Shown here: positions 9,750 through 18,585 of the stretch, in pieces
Numbering within the stretch: position 1 is the first letter of the stretch
Layout: every line of letters starts with the position of its first letter
From: an uncultured Bdellovibrionales bacterium
Lineage (GTDB): Bacteria > Bdellovibrionota_C > UBA2361 > SZUA-149 > CAZDWZ01
Assembly: GCA_964509425.1 (NCBI GenBank)
Contig: CAZDWZ010000005.1
Coordinates: 193,604-257,603 of the forward strand
Reading direction: 5' to 3'
DNA length: 64,000 bases
Made by a program: the position numbers and the translations under genes
Notes under the pieces: generated by a model
Databases searched by the model: none
What the model saw: only the letters and a program-made list of their open reading frames with translations
What the model was told of the DNA's origin: nothing

Positions 9750-10553
9750 TTAGTGAATAACGGGAAGGCGGAAGAGCCGCTCCGCGTTAAACGACGTTTG
9801 TCTCGCTATTTCCTCTAACCGCAGGCCTTTGACCTCGGCCAGCTTTTCCGCAATGGCGAGCACGTGAGCCGGTTCGCTGGGTTTTCCTCGGTATGGTTCC
9901 GGCGCCATGTAGGGCGCGTCGGTTTCAAGCATAATCTGCTCGAGGGGAATTTTTTTCGCAGTTTCGCGGAGTGCGTGCGCGGATTTGAAAGTCAAAACGC
10001 CGGGGAAGGAAACGAGAAAATTTATCTCTCGGAGCTTCGCGGCAAACTCGGCGTCCATTGGGTAGCAATGAAATACGCCGCCTACTTCCTCCGCGTGCAA
10101 ATTTCGGAGCGTCTGCAGGATGCTATCCGCCGCACGGTTCGAGCCGGTGACATCCCGGCAGTGAATGACGATTGGCTTCCCGATTTCCTTTGCGAGAATG
10201 ATGGAACGTTCAAAGACTTCGCGCTGCTTATCCTCCGGAGCCCAGTCTCGATAAAAATCCAAGCCGGTCTCTCCGAGCGCGACAACCTTCGGATGGAGGA
10301 GGAGGGGACGAAGCCGTTCAAGGTCTTCAAACTTTCCCGCTTCCTGCGGATGGATGCCGACAACCGCGAACACGTTCGGGTATGCCTCGGCGAGCTCCAC
10401 CGCTCGCTCGGGAGACGTATAGCCGTTTCCCGCTCCGATAGTGATAGCGCGGCGCACGAATGCTTTTCTCGCGCGTTCGAGTATTTCTTGAACAGGAGCC
10501 TGCTCCAGCACATCGAGATGGCAATGTGTATCGATGAGGCTAATGTCGTTCAT
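9750..10553 (-). CDS. tatD: TatD-family metal-dependent hydrolase/DNase
   Basis: The N-terminus is LIDTHCHLD, and the overall fold is TatD-like across its 267 aa. Confidence 0.85.
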   Translation of the reverse strand: MNDISLIDTHCHLDVLEQAPVQEILERARKAFVRRAITIGAGNGYTSPERAVELAEAYPNVFAVVGIHPQEAGKFEDLERLRPLLLHPKVVALGETGLDFYRDWAPEDKQREVFERSIILAKEIGKPIVIHCRDVTGSNRAADSILQTLRNLHAEEVGGVFHCYPMDAEFAAKLREINFLVSFPGVLTFKSAHALRETAKKIPLEQIMLETDAPYMAPEPYRGKPSEPAHVLAIAEKLAEVKGLRLEEIARQTSFNAERLFRLPVIH

Positions 10554-11080
10554 CAGCGGACGGTCGACCCGACCGGCATTCCAGCGCCCGGTGAGATGAG
10601 CTCCAAGTTTCCGGAGTCTTCACAGGCACACAGCAACATGCCTTCGCTCATGAGTCCCATCAGCTTCGCCGGTTTCAAATTCGCGACCACCACGATCTTT
10701 CGGCCCGGAAGACTTTCGGGGGCATATTGCTTCGCGATTCCTGAGACGATTTGGCGGGCACCTTTCGCTTCTCCGAGGTCGACTTGCAGCTTGAGAAGCT
10801 TCTCCGATTTCTCGACCTTTTCCGCCGCGAGGATTTGTCCGACTTTCAGTTGTACTTTGAAAAAATCCTCGATGCTCACCAAATTCTCTTGGGGCTCCGG
10901 AGCGAGAGCCACCGGTTGAGCTGGGGTAGCCGCAATTTCCTCAGTTACTTTCTCTTTATTCTCTGTCGACGTAGGTTCCACCGGCTTCCTTTTTTTTCCC
11001 TGTAAAAGCGGTATAGTGCCGCCCCCGAATTTGAACGACAGTTCAATTTCGCGGTACGCTCGGTGAATCCGAGCAGGCAA
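10553..11080 (-). CDS. tRNA-binding (EMAP/CsaA/MetG-C-terminal-like) domain protein. The start is uncertain.
   Basis: The C-terminal 110 aa (FKVQLKVGQILAAEKVEKSEKLLKLQVDLGE...) form the OB-fold tRNA-binding domain. The annotated 5' end overlaps the upstream part of the rpiA ORF, so the true start is probably downstream or non-ATG. Confidence 0.55.
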   Translation of the reverse strand: MPARIHRAYREIELSFKFGGGTIPLLQGKKRKPVEPTSTENKEKVTEEIAATPAQPVALAPEPQENLVSIEDFFKVQLKVGQILAAEKVEKSEKLLKLQVDLGEAKGARQIVSGIAKQYAPESLPGRKIVVVANLKPAKLMGLMSEGMLLCACEDSGNLELISPGAGMPVGSTVR

Positions 11081-11188
11081 TTATTATTGCTCTACCCGCT
11101 AATGAGTGACTGTCTTTCGTTCTCTTTAGCATCATATGTCCTGGGTAAAGCAAGAGACCTCCCCCAGGAATTTTCGATTGAGGACCTT

Positions 11189-11896
11189 ATGAAGGCATTG
11201 GTTGCGCGGGCGTTAGCGAAGCGGGTGAAAGACGGCGATATTCTCGGACTCGGGTCCGGAACGACGGTCGAGCTTGCCGTTGATCAAATCGGACAGCGAA
11301 TCGCCCGTGAGAACATCCGTGTCTCCGTTGTGCCCACGAGTTATCGTATCGCCACGGTCGCGGAAGCCAGCGGTCTCCAGGTTCTCGCGCCGAGCTTTAG
11401 CAAGGAGCTTGATTGGGGTTTCGACGGTGCCGACGAAATAGACGATGCATTCAACGTCATCAAGGGCCGCGGAGCCGCGATGCTGCTCGAGAAGATCGTC
11501 GCCCGCCGCGTGAAAGAGTTCGTAATCATTGCCTCGGAAGAGAAGATGGTCAGTCGGCTTGGCACCCGGGTGCCCGTGCCGGTCGAGGCAGTGCCCGAAG
11601 CCGTTGATATCGTGAAGGCCGGACTCAGCGCACTCGGGGCCAGAGAATTGGTCATCCGCGAAGCCAGCAATAAGTACGGTCCGATCATCACGGAGCACGG
11701 AAATGTCGTCATCGACGCATGGTTCGACAACATCGAGCCGAAGCTCGAGCTTGAGATCAAAACCATCACCGGGGTTGTTGAAAGCGGACTGTTCATCGGC
11801 TTCGCACAAGAGATCCTCATTGCGAAGGCGGACGGCGTCTGGTCGAAAAAGCGGAAGAACGGAAAAGTTGTCGAAGAGCTGATCGAAAAGCCGTAG
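11189..11896 (+). CDS. rpiA: Ribose-5-phosphate isomerase A
   Basis: Carries LGLGSGTT...DGADE...KGRGAAMLLEKIVA, which matches RpiA. The ATG at 11189 is in frame and gives 235 aa. Confidence 0.85.
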   Translation: MKALVARALAKRVKDGDILGLGSGTTVELAVDQIGQRIARENIRVSVVPTSYRIATVAEASGLQVLAPSFSKELDWGFDGADEIDDAFNVIKGRGAAMLLEKIVARRVKEFVIIASEEKMVSRLGTRVPVPVEAVPEAVDIVKAGLSALGARELVIREASNKYGPIITEHGNVVIDAWFDNIEPKLELEIKTITGVVESGLFIGFAQEILIAKADGVWSKKRKNGKVVEELIEKP

Positions 11897-12123
11897 CTTT
11901 CTGGCCGACTCCAATCCGCAGCTCATCTCGAAAATACTCAGTTCCCTCCTAGCCTTCCGACATCGGCATCCCCGGCATCCCTGAATAGGGAGTCGGTGTT
12001 CCGCTTTTGCCGGGCATCGACCTGCCCGTCGGGGTTTCGGTCAGTGTCGCTGTTCCCGTCGAGGCCGGGAGCGGAGAGACTATCAGTGGAGGAAGACTGT
12101 TTGGTGCTCGGAGAAAATACCAA

Positions 12124-13626
12124 TCAGCAGCCGAAATTCATCGCGTGCTCAGACGGCGCGAAATCATCCGTGAAGAAAAACGGAGGTGGTGCAAGCTCCG
12201 TCTTCAGCTCCTGCTGGAGAAGTGTTTGAACGACGGTGTCGTTCGGAATTTCACGTTCAGCGAGCTTCCCGCGCTTAGCGATGATTACGACATTCTGCAT
12301 CGCCGTGGTATCGAGCGTCGGGTTCGCGCGGTAGGCGTTTACCTTCGGGAAAATGCGCTTCAAGCTGTGATAAAACTGCCGCAACAAGCAGGTCTTCGGA
12401 CCCTCTGCGGTGGTTATGACATTCACGACCACCATGCCGTCTTCGGTGACGGAGGCTGAGAGCGACTGCAAAAACTCCTGGCTCGTCAGGTGAAACGGAA
12501 TATTCGCGGCAGACGTATACGCGTCTGCAAAGGCAATGTCGTATTTTTCCTCAGGACCGGCATTTGACACCCGGTTCAGAGTCATTCTCGCATCCTCGTC
12601 GAATATTTTCGTATTTGCAGAATCGCGGAAGGAAAAATATTTCCGAGCCACTTCAGTAATCCCCGGATCGAGCTCGACGATGTCGAGCTTGAGCTGGGGA
12701 TAGTGGGCGATGACATGTTTCGGAAAAGAGTATCCGCCGCCGCCAATGATGATTCCGCGCTTTGCTTCCGGAAAGAGCCGGAGCGCAAGATCGAAGAACT
12801 TCAAATATTCCACCGCGAGCTCGTCGGGTTTGTCGCGATCCATGATCGACTGGGAGCCTTCAGGACCGGTGCTCAGTATCCGGAGTCTCTTTCCTGTCTT
12901 TTCGTCGGTCATGTCGACGACCATCACCCGTTGATAGGCAGTGTCGAGGTCCGTCACTCCTTTCTCCAAAAGCGCGTGAGCATACACACCGAGCATCTGG
13001 TGAACCGCAAACAGCGCGCCGATGAGAATCAGCTTCACGGGGAGTTTCGCGGTGAAGTGAGCGAGCAGTGAGCAACCGGCAAGCAGGGCCGCGATGCTCA
13101 TCAAGGTGTGAGTCGTACCGATTTTTGCCAACAAGAAGAATCCAAGGAGGAAAGTTCCCGCGATGCTTCCGAGCGTCGAGCATGCCGAGAGGAGTCCGAC
13201 TGAACGCCCAGACGACTCGAGGGAATGAATGGACAGCCGGAGCGCATGGGGCGAGACCATCCCGAGAGCCACACTTGGCGGACCAAAGAGAATGACCGCG
13301 GAGAGGAGCGCCGCGAGGCGGACATCAAGGTTCAAGGCCAGGAGGGCCAGGAGGATCGGCGGGCTGAGAACGGGGATCATGGCCGTTAACGCACTGGCAA
13401 CGATGAGGATTATGGAGAGGTTTGCGTAGGAAGGGGAGCGGTCGGCGATAACGCCGCCCCACCAATAGCCCGCGCTGAGCGCCGCCAAAATGGCGCCGAT
13501 AAGGCTGGTCCAAACGAAAATCGAGCTCCCGATAACGGGTGCAAGCACCCGAGAACCGCAAAGCTCCAACATCATGACACAGGCCCCTGAAAGGAAAACG
13601 ATAGCCGCGAGGCGGATCTGGTTCAT
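12124..13626 (-). CDS. Spermidine-synthase-like (polyamine aminopropyltransferase fold) protein fused to an N-terminal multi-TM domain
   Basis: The N-terminal ~230 aa are hydrophobic. The C-terminus has IIIGGGGYSFPKHV...DIVELDP...DARMTL...DIAFADAY, a SpeE-type AdoMet fold. Confidence 0.65.
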   Translation of the reverse strand: MNQIRLAAIVFLSGACVMMLELCGSRVLAPVIGSSIFVWTSLIGAILAALSAGYWWGGVIADRSPSYANLSIILIVASALTAMIPVLSPPILLALLALNLDVRLAALLSAVILFGPPSVALGMVSPHALRLSIHSLESSGRSVGLLSACSTLGSIAGTFLLGFFLLAKIGTTHTLMSIAALLAGCSLLAHFTAKLPVKLILIGALFAVHQMLGVYAHALLEKGVTDLDTAYQRVMVVDMTDEKTGKRLRILSTGPEGSQSIMDRDKPDELAVEYLKFFDLALRLFPEAKRGIIIGGGGYSFPKHVIAHYPQLKLDIVELDPGITEVARKYFSFRDSANTKIFDEDARMTLNRVSNAGPEEKYDIAFADAYTSAANIPFHLTSQEFLQSLSASVTEDGMVVVNVITTAEGPKTCLLRQFYHSLKRIFPKVNAYRANPTLDTTAMQNVVIIAKRGKLAEREIPNDTVVQTLLQQELKTELAPPPFFFTDDFAPSEHAMNFGC

Positions 13627-13694
13627 GAAACCTCGTTAGTTTGCAAGAATTCGAATCGCTTATATGATGGAAGCACAAACTGCACCCGGATATT

Positions 13695-14273
13695 ATGAAG
13701 ATTCGTATCTCCGACATTACCCATGAAGGGTGTCCCGCCGAATTCGAGCTTGACCGCGAAGCGGTGACGCGACGAGCGTCGCTTGCCGATTCTCCCGAGC
13801 TGGAAACTTCACCAACGAAGAAGGGTTCGACGCCGCACGTTGACGCACCGGGATACCGTTTCCCCGAAAATCCTCAAGTACGATTTGACCTTACGTCAGA
13901 CGGCGGAACGGTTCTTTTGCGTGGGCAAGTGACCGGCCGCTTTGTTTCATCGTGCGCCCGTTGCGCTGAGGCGACCAAGCAGGAGCTTGATGTGCCGGTC
14001 GATATGGTGCTGAAGCCCGATACTCAAAAGTCGGAGGACGAGCCGGAGGACGTGAATTTTGGTTATTACCACGGCGAGGAAATCGACTGCGGGGCGGTTG
14101 CCGAGGAGGCGCTGATGCTCAGTCTGCCGTTTGTCGTCATCTGCCGCGAAGAATGTCGAGGACTCTGTCCGAGCTGTGGGGCGAATCTCAATCTCGGGGA
14201 CTGCGGCTGCGAGAAGGATAAAGGCTTCGAAAGCCCGTTTAGTATCCTAAAGGACATGAAAATACTGCAGTAA
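13695..14273 (+). CDS. yceD: DUF177/YceD-family protein (large-subunit rRNA accumulation)
   Basis: The C-terminus has the CxxC...CxxC cluster CREECRGLCPSCGANLNLGDCGCE. It lies immediately upstream of rpmF and plsX, the canonical arrangement. Confidence 0.75.
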   Translation: MKIRISDITHEGCPAEFELDREAVTRRASLADSPELETSPTKKGSTPHVDAPGYRFPENPQVRFDLTSDGGTVLLRGQVTGRFVSSCARCAEATKQELDVPVDMVLKPDTQKSEDEPEDVNFGYYHGEEIDCGAVAEEALMLSLPFVVICREECRGLCPSCGANLNLGDCGCEKDKGFESPFSILKDMKILQ

Positions 14274-14558
14274 TTGCAGGTTGCCGCTCCTCCAAAGTCC
14301 ACCTCTGCGTCCTTCGCGCCCTCTGCGGTTGCATTTCAATATAGAACTTCAAAAGCACCCGCCAAGGACGCGGAGGACGCAGAGGTGTTTACGAAGAGGT
14401 ATTAAACTCAGTGTCCCGCCCTTGTGTTTGCCCCCGAGTTTCCCTATAACGATGCCCGCTTTTGTGGCTCGGCAAATTATGCCGGCTGAGTACGGCTGAC
14501 CCCGCTTTCGGGCCGAGTTAAGTCACATAAGCTCCAGATTTCGTTAATGTGAGGTCAT

Positions 14559-14744
14559 ATGCAGGCTCCCAAGAGAAAGACTTCAAAATCAGTGCGTAAC
14601 ATGCGCCGGTCGCATCACGCGCTCTCCCCTCGGCGGTCATCGACCTGCCCGAAGTGCGGTGAGCCGGTGCTGCCTCATCATGTTTGTCTAAGTTGCGGCC
14701 ACTATCGAGGCCGGAAGCTGATTGAAGCTGAAGTTCGCGAATAG
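14559..14744 (+). CDS. rpmF: 50S ribosomal protein L32
   Basis: Carries MQAPKRKTSKSVRNMRRSHHAL plus the CPKCGE...CLSCGHY zinc ribbon. The product is 61 aa. Confidence 0.9.
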   Translation: MQAPKRKTSKSVRNMRRSHHALSPRRSSTCPKCGEPVLPHHVCLSCGHYRGRKLIEAEVRE

Positions 14745-14819
14745 GTTCCTCTAAAGTAAAGTCCTGCAAGGCCTACTGGATTGTTCCGGCTGAGCCCTGC
14801 AAGGAGATTGCTTCGCCTA

Positions 14820-16064
14820 ATGGAAACCAACGGCCATTTGCCCGCTCACCGTCTGTCGGACTCCCTCACGGGGGATGCCGGCTTGCCCATCGCGGTTGAC
14901 GTGATGGGAGGAGATCATGGTCTCGGCGTCCAGGTCGAAGGGGCGGTCCAAGCCTATAAAGAATTCGGTGCTAAATCCGTCCTTGTCGGCACGGAAACGG
15001 ACATCCGCGCGAAGCTCGATGCTCTCGGCGCCTCGAACCTTCCCATCATCGTTCAGCATGCGCCCGAAGTGATCACGATGGAGGACACACCGGCAAAAGC
15101 CGTCCGGCGGAAGCCTCAGGCGTCCCTTTGTGTCGCCTACAATCTTGTTCAGAACGGCCAGGCATGCGCGATTTTAAGCGCCGGAAACTCCGGTGCGATG
15201 ATGGCAGCAGGCCGGATTTTCTGCGGTCTGCTTCCGGGTATCGAGCGCCCGGCGATAGCGACTCTCCTTCCCGTTCTCGGCGACAGGAAGCCGAACGTCA
15301 TTTTGGATTCCGGTGCGAACGTCGATTGTCACGCTCAGAACCTTGTGCAGTTTGCCATCATGGGAGCGGTGTATTGTAACTCCCTCTTTCAGGTTGAGCG
15401 TCCCAAGGTTGCGTTACTCTCAAACGGAACCGAGCCGTCAAAAGGCACGGATCTTTTACGCGCGGCATCCATGTTTCTCTCCCGGAGCGATGCGATAAAC
15501 TTCGTGGGCTATGTCGAAGGCCGCGAAGTCGCGACGAACCATGCCGACGTCATTGTCTGCGACGGCTTTGTCGGGAACGTTCTGCTCAAATCCATGGAAG
15601 GCTGCGTTCGCCTTATTTTCGACCAGCTTATTCATGAGAGCCGAAAGGGCTTCATGAGAAAGCTCGGTCTTGCGCTTTCCCGTGGCGCGTACAAAGAAGT
15701 ATTTTCGGAGAAGTTCGATTATACGGCTCACGGCGGCGCGCCGCTGCTCGGCCTTCAAAAACTCGCCATCGTGCTCCACGGAAGTTCCGGCAACCGCGCG
15801 GTGAAAAACGCAATTCGCGTTGCGGACTCTTTCGTGCGCGGCCGGATGCTTGATAAGATCACACTCCAGTTGTCGCAGCTCGAAGAACAGATTCCAGAGT
15901 TCGAAGGAGAAATTCTCTCCGGTGTATTTTCGAAAAACGAAGTCCTCTCACTCGGAAAAAAAAGACGAATGATTGACGGCGGCGACGCACTCGTGGTCGA
16001 GAGAAACACCGTTCAAATGGAAGCGGTCGCCGCGACTCCGGCGTCTGAGGTGAGCGACGAGTAG
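14820..16064 (+). CDS. plsX: Phosphate acyltransferase PlsX, with a ~70-aa C-terminal extension
   Basis: IAVDVMGGDHG...GNSGAMMAAG matches PlsX. The in-frame ATG at 14820 (METNGH...) was chosen as the start. Confidence 0.85.
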   Translation: METNGHLPAHRLSDSLTGDAGLPIAVDVMGGDHGLGVQVEGAVQAYKEFGAKSVLVGTETDIRAKLDALGASNLPIIVQHAPEVITMEDTPAKAVRRKPQASLCVAYNLVQNGQACAILSAGNSGAMMAAGRIFCGLLPGIERPAIATLLPVLGDRKPNVILDSGANVDCHAQNLVQFAIMGAVYCNSLFQVERPKVALLSNGTEPSKGTDLLRAASMFLSRSDAINFVGYVEGREVATNHADVIVCDGFVGNVLLKSMEGCVRLIFDQLIHESRKGFMRKLGLALSRGAYKEVFSEKFDYTAHGGAPLLGLQKLAIVLHGSSGNRAVKNAIRVADSFVRGRMLDKITLQLSQLEEQIPEFEGEILSGVFSKNEVLSLGKKRRMIDGGDALVVERNTVQMEAVAATPASEVSDE

Positions 16065-16205
16065 TGCCGCATCCGCAAAATAAACTGCCAGAGGTAGTTT
16101 ATTTTGTGCGGCACGCGAGGCTCAGCCGAGCCAGCAAGATCTAGTGAATCGTTCGCCACGGGCAAACGGTGCAAGGCGCGGTTTGATAAATAATTTCCTG
16201 AACGG
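16062..16205 (+). repeat. Conserved ~120-150 nt intergenic element (copy 1 of 3) with flanks TAGTGCCGCnTCCGC ... GCGAGGCnCAGCCGAGCCAGcAAgATCTAGT
   Basis: The other copies lie at 17113-17280 and 45201-45315, all in + orientation. The internal hairpin differs in sequence between copies but is kept as a hairpin. Confidence 0.75.
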
Positions 16206-16216
16206 AACGTAGTCAA

Positions 16217-16996
16217 ATGACGGAAAAAATCTCACGCCCTCAATTTCTCGCCGGTCAAACCGCTCTCGTAACGGGCGGTTCGCGAGGCATCGGTCGATCG
16301 ATCTGTGAAGTGCTCTGGCAATATGGCGCCTCCGTCGCCGTGAACTACGCGAAGAATGCGTCGGCTGCCGAGGGGCTCGTTGCCGAGCTGCAAAGTGCGC
16401 CGGTCCAGCCGAATCAAAAAGCGTTTGCGATAAGCTTCGACGTCGGAAACGAAGAAGCCGTCGACACCGGAATCAAGGCAGTTCTCGCGCAGTTCCCATC
16501 GATCGATATTCTCGTGAACAACGCGGGCGTGGCGATCGACGGACTTCTCGTCCGGACGAAGGGAGAGGAATGGCACAGAACCATTGAAACCAACCTTTCG
16601 AGCTGTTTTTACTGCGCGAAAGCCGTCGCAAAAGGCATGATGAAGGCCCGTCGCGGCAGAATAATAAATATAAGCTCGGTTGTTGGAGAGATGGGAAATG
16701 CCGGCCAGGTCTCGTACTCGGCGTCTAAGGCAGGCATCTTCGGACTGACAAAAACGCTGGCCAAGGAGCTTGGGAGCCGGGGTATTACAGTCAACGCCGT
16801 TGCCCCGGGGTTCATCGAAACCGACATGACCGCGGAAATGACGGAAGATCAAAAGGCGGCTCTCCTCGGAGCAGTCGCCCTGGGTCGTCTGGGAAAACCG
16901 GAGGAAGTGGCTGAGTTGGTTGCATTTCTTTCTGGCCCAGGGGCTGCGTATATAACGGGTCAGATTCTGGGAGTGAACGGCGGTCTCTACATGTAG
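16217..16996 (+). CDS. fabG: 3-oxoacyl-[acyl-carrier-protein] reductase
   Basis: Carries the SDR motifs TGGSRGIGRSI, NNAG and YSASKAG...PGFIETDMT. It lies between plsX and acpP. Confidence 0.9.
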   Translation: MTEKISRPQFLAGQTALVTGGSRGIGRSICEVLWQYGASVAVNYAKNASAAEGLVAELQSAPVQPNQKAFAISFDVGNEEAVDTGIKAVLAQFPSIDILVNNAGVAIDGLLVRTKGEEWHRTIETNLSSCFYCAKAVAKGMMKARRGRIINISSVVGEMGNAGQVSYSASKAGIFGLTKTLAKELGSRGITVNAVAPGFIETDMTAEMTEDQKAALLGAVALGRLGKPEEVAELVAFLSGPGAAYITGQILGVNGGLYM

Positions 16997-17414
16997 CTTT
17001 GGGGGGAAACGGACCGTAAGGCGAGGCCTTTCTACTGTTGATCTTCAAGGCATTTTGTAGTTTGTAACCTGGGCGGCTCAACCTCGGAGCGGAATTCGCC
17101 CCGAATTACAGCTAGTGCCGCGTCCGCAAAATAAACTCCTCGAGGGAGTTTATTTTGTGAGATACGCGAGGCAAAGCCGAGCCAGGAAATGTCTAGTGTG
17201 CCGTTCGCCAGTGGAGAACGGTGCGAAGCGCAGTGTGATAGTGCGAAGCGCAGTGTGATAGATGATTTCCTGCACGGAGCACTAGGTAAGTTCTGGATTA
17301 GATCGATTGGTTGAACTGAAATGAATGGGCGCTGCGTGTTTAAGGCGCCGACAATTATACAGAAAAACAGTTTGAATATTAAGGTAGTGCCTAGGACACT
17401 TAAGGAGAAGAGGA

Positions 17415-17657
17415 ATGTCTAGTTCGGATACGAATGAAAGAGTAAAAGCGATCATCGTTGAGCAGCTTGGAGTACCAACGGAAGAAGTGATTGAGTCGGC
17501 ATCCTTCATCGAAGACCTCGGCGCTGATTCGTTGGATATCGTCGAGCTCGTGATGGCGCTCGAAGAAGAATACGACATCGAAATCTCCGACGAGGATGCT
17601 GAAAAGATCCAGACCGTAGGGGATGCGATTAACTATATCCAAGAGCATAGTGCCTAG
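17415..17657 (+). CDS. acpP: Acyl carrier protein
   Basis: The 4'-phosphopantetheine site is [19 protein letters not shown]. The product is 80 aa. Confidence 0.9.
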   Translation: MSSSDTNERVKAIIVEQLGVPTEEVIESASFIEDLGADSLDIVELVMALEEEYDIEISDEDAEKIQTVGDAINYIQEHSA

Positions 17658-17798
17658 AACCTCGTTTCCAGTCGGGTTCGTTTGGCCGGCTGCCAGAGAC
17701 CATATGGTGCTGGTTAGCGGGGCGCCGGAAGGTCTGCCGGAAAGTCTTCGGTGCAGAATCCATACCGACTCCTGGAAACAAGAGGCTACACTGTTTAG

Positions 17799-17866
17799 GC
17801 GCCGCTTCGGAGTTTCGTCTGCTGCATTTTTGCAGCGGAGAACTTCGAGGGCGGCGTTTTTATTTT
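17799..17866 (+). terminator. Putative intrinsic terminator downstream of acpP
   Basis: GC-rich hairpin (cgccgc...gcggcg with a nested stem) followed by the T-run TTTTTATTTT. Confidence 0.5.
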
Positions 17867-17891
17867 CAGGAATGGCTGCTAAAGGCGTCCT

Positions 17892-18458
17892 GTGAAATGC
17901 CCCCGCTGTGAATCTACCAAGACTCGTGTTGTTGACTCTCGTGAAGGGGTTGACGGCAAAGCCGTTCGTCGGCGCCGGGAATGCGAATCCTGCGAATTCC
18001 GTTTCACCACTTTCGAGCGCATCGAAGAAAGTCTGCCGATGGTCGTGAAAAAAGGCGGGCAGCGTGAGTCTTTCGATCGCTACAAAATTTTGAACGGCCT
18101 GAAAAAAGCGTGCGAGAAACGGCCGATAAGCGTTGTCGAGATGGAGGACGTCGTAAAGTCCATCGAGACAAGACTCCTCGAGCTCGGGCATAAAGAGGTG
18201 TCGAGTGAGTCGATAGGCGAGATGGTCATCGAGAAACTTCACGAACTCGATCAAGTGGCCTATGTGCGATTTGCCTCTGTCTATCGAGAGTTCTCTGATG
18301 TCCGGGAGTTCATGGACGCGCTTCGATCCCTCGTGCAGGCCGGCGAGCGCCCGTCGAATGTCCTCTCCATCAGACCCAAACGCCGGGGAGCTGCTGCCTC
18401 CGACTCGGAGCCGCAGCAGGAACTCTTCCGCGACGGCTCGAAAAAAAGCGAAGAATGA
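17892..18458 (+). CDS. nrdR: Transcriptional repressor NrdR, with a C-terminal extension
   Basis: Starts with the zinc ribbon MKCPRCESTKTRVVDSRE...RRRECESCEFRFTTFE and continues into an ATP-cone. It sits immediately upstream of ribD. Confidence 0.9.
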   Translation: MKCPRCESTKTRVVDSREGVDGKAVRRRRECESCEFRFTTFERIEESLPMVVKKGGQRESFDRYKILNGLKKACEKRPISVVEMEDVVKSIETRLLELGHKEVSSESIGEMVIEKLHELDQVAYVRFASVYREFSDVREFMDALRSLVQAGERPSNVLSIRPKRRGAAASDSEPQQELFRDGSKKSEE

Positions 18459-18459
18459 A

Positions 18460-18584
18460 CGTCAGTGCCCAGGTTTCCCCCATCCCTCGTTGGAATGATT
18501 GGAAAGAATGCTCATTTACCTCAAGTAAACTCCGCTTTTTTCCAATCATTCCGCCTCGGCTGCGGGACAACCTGGGCACTGACG
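18460..18584. repeat. Nested perfect inverted repeat that fills the whole nrdR-ribD intergenic space
   Basis: The outer 16-bp arms are CGTCAGTGCCCAGGTT / AACCTGGGCACTGACG. The inner 14-bp arms are GGAATGATTGGAAA / TTTCCAATCATTCC. Confidence 0.8.
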
Positions 18585-18585
18585 A

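Noticed and set aside
10990-11080. N-terminal 60 aa of the tRNA-binding-domain ORF overlapping the rpiA region
   Set aside because: No Met precedes the domain other than the ORF-initial one. The true start is probably a downstream non-ATG codon, so the overlap with rpiA upstream sequence is likely not coding.
13640-13670. GAATTCGAATCGC considered as a tRNA T-loop
   Set aside because: No surrounding cloverleaf complementarity is present.
17665-17790. About 110-nt long hairpin downstream of acpP containing CCGGAAGG, considered as SRP (4.5S) RNA
   Set aside because: The conserved domain IV symmetric-loop nucleotides (GGAAGCAGCC context with the Ffh-binding adenines) are absent; it reads GGTCTGCCGG. 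It is more likely a structured 3' UTR or attenuator.
18460-18584. FMN riboswitch upstream of ribD
   Set aside because: No RFN conserved blocks are present. The region is a perfect nested palindrome.
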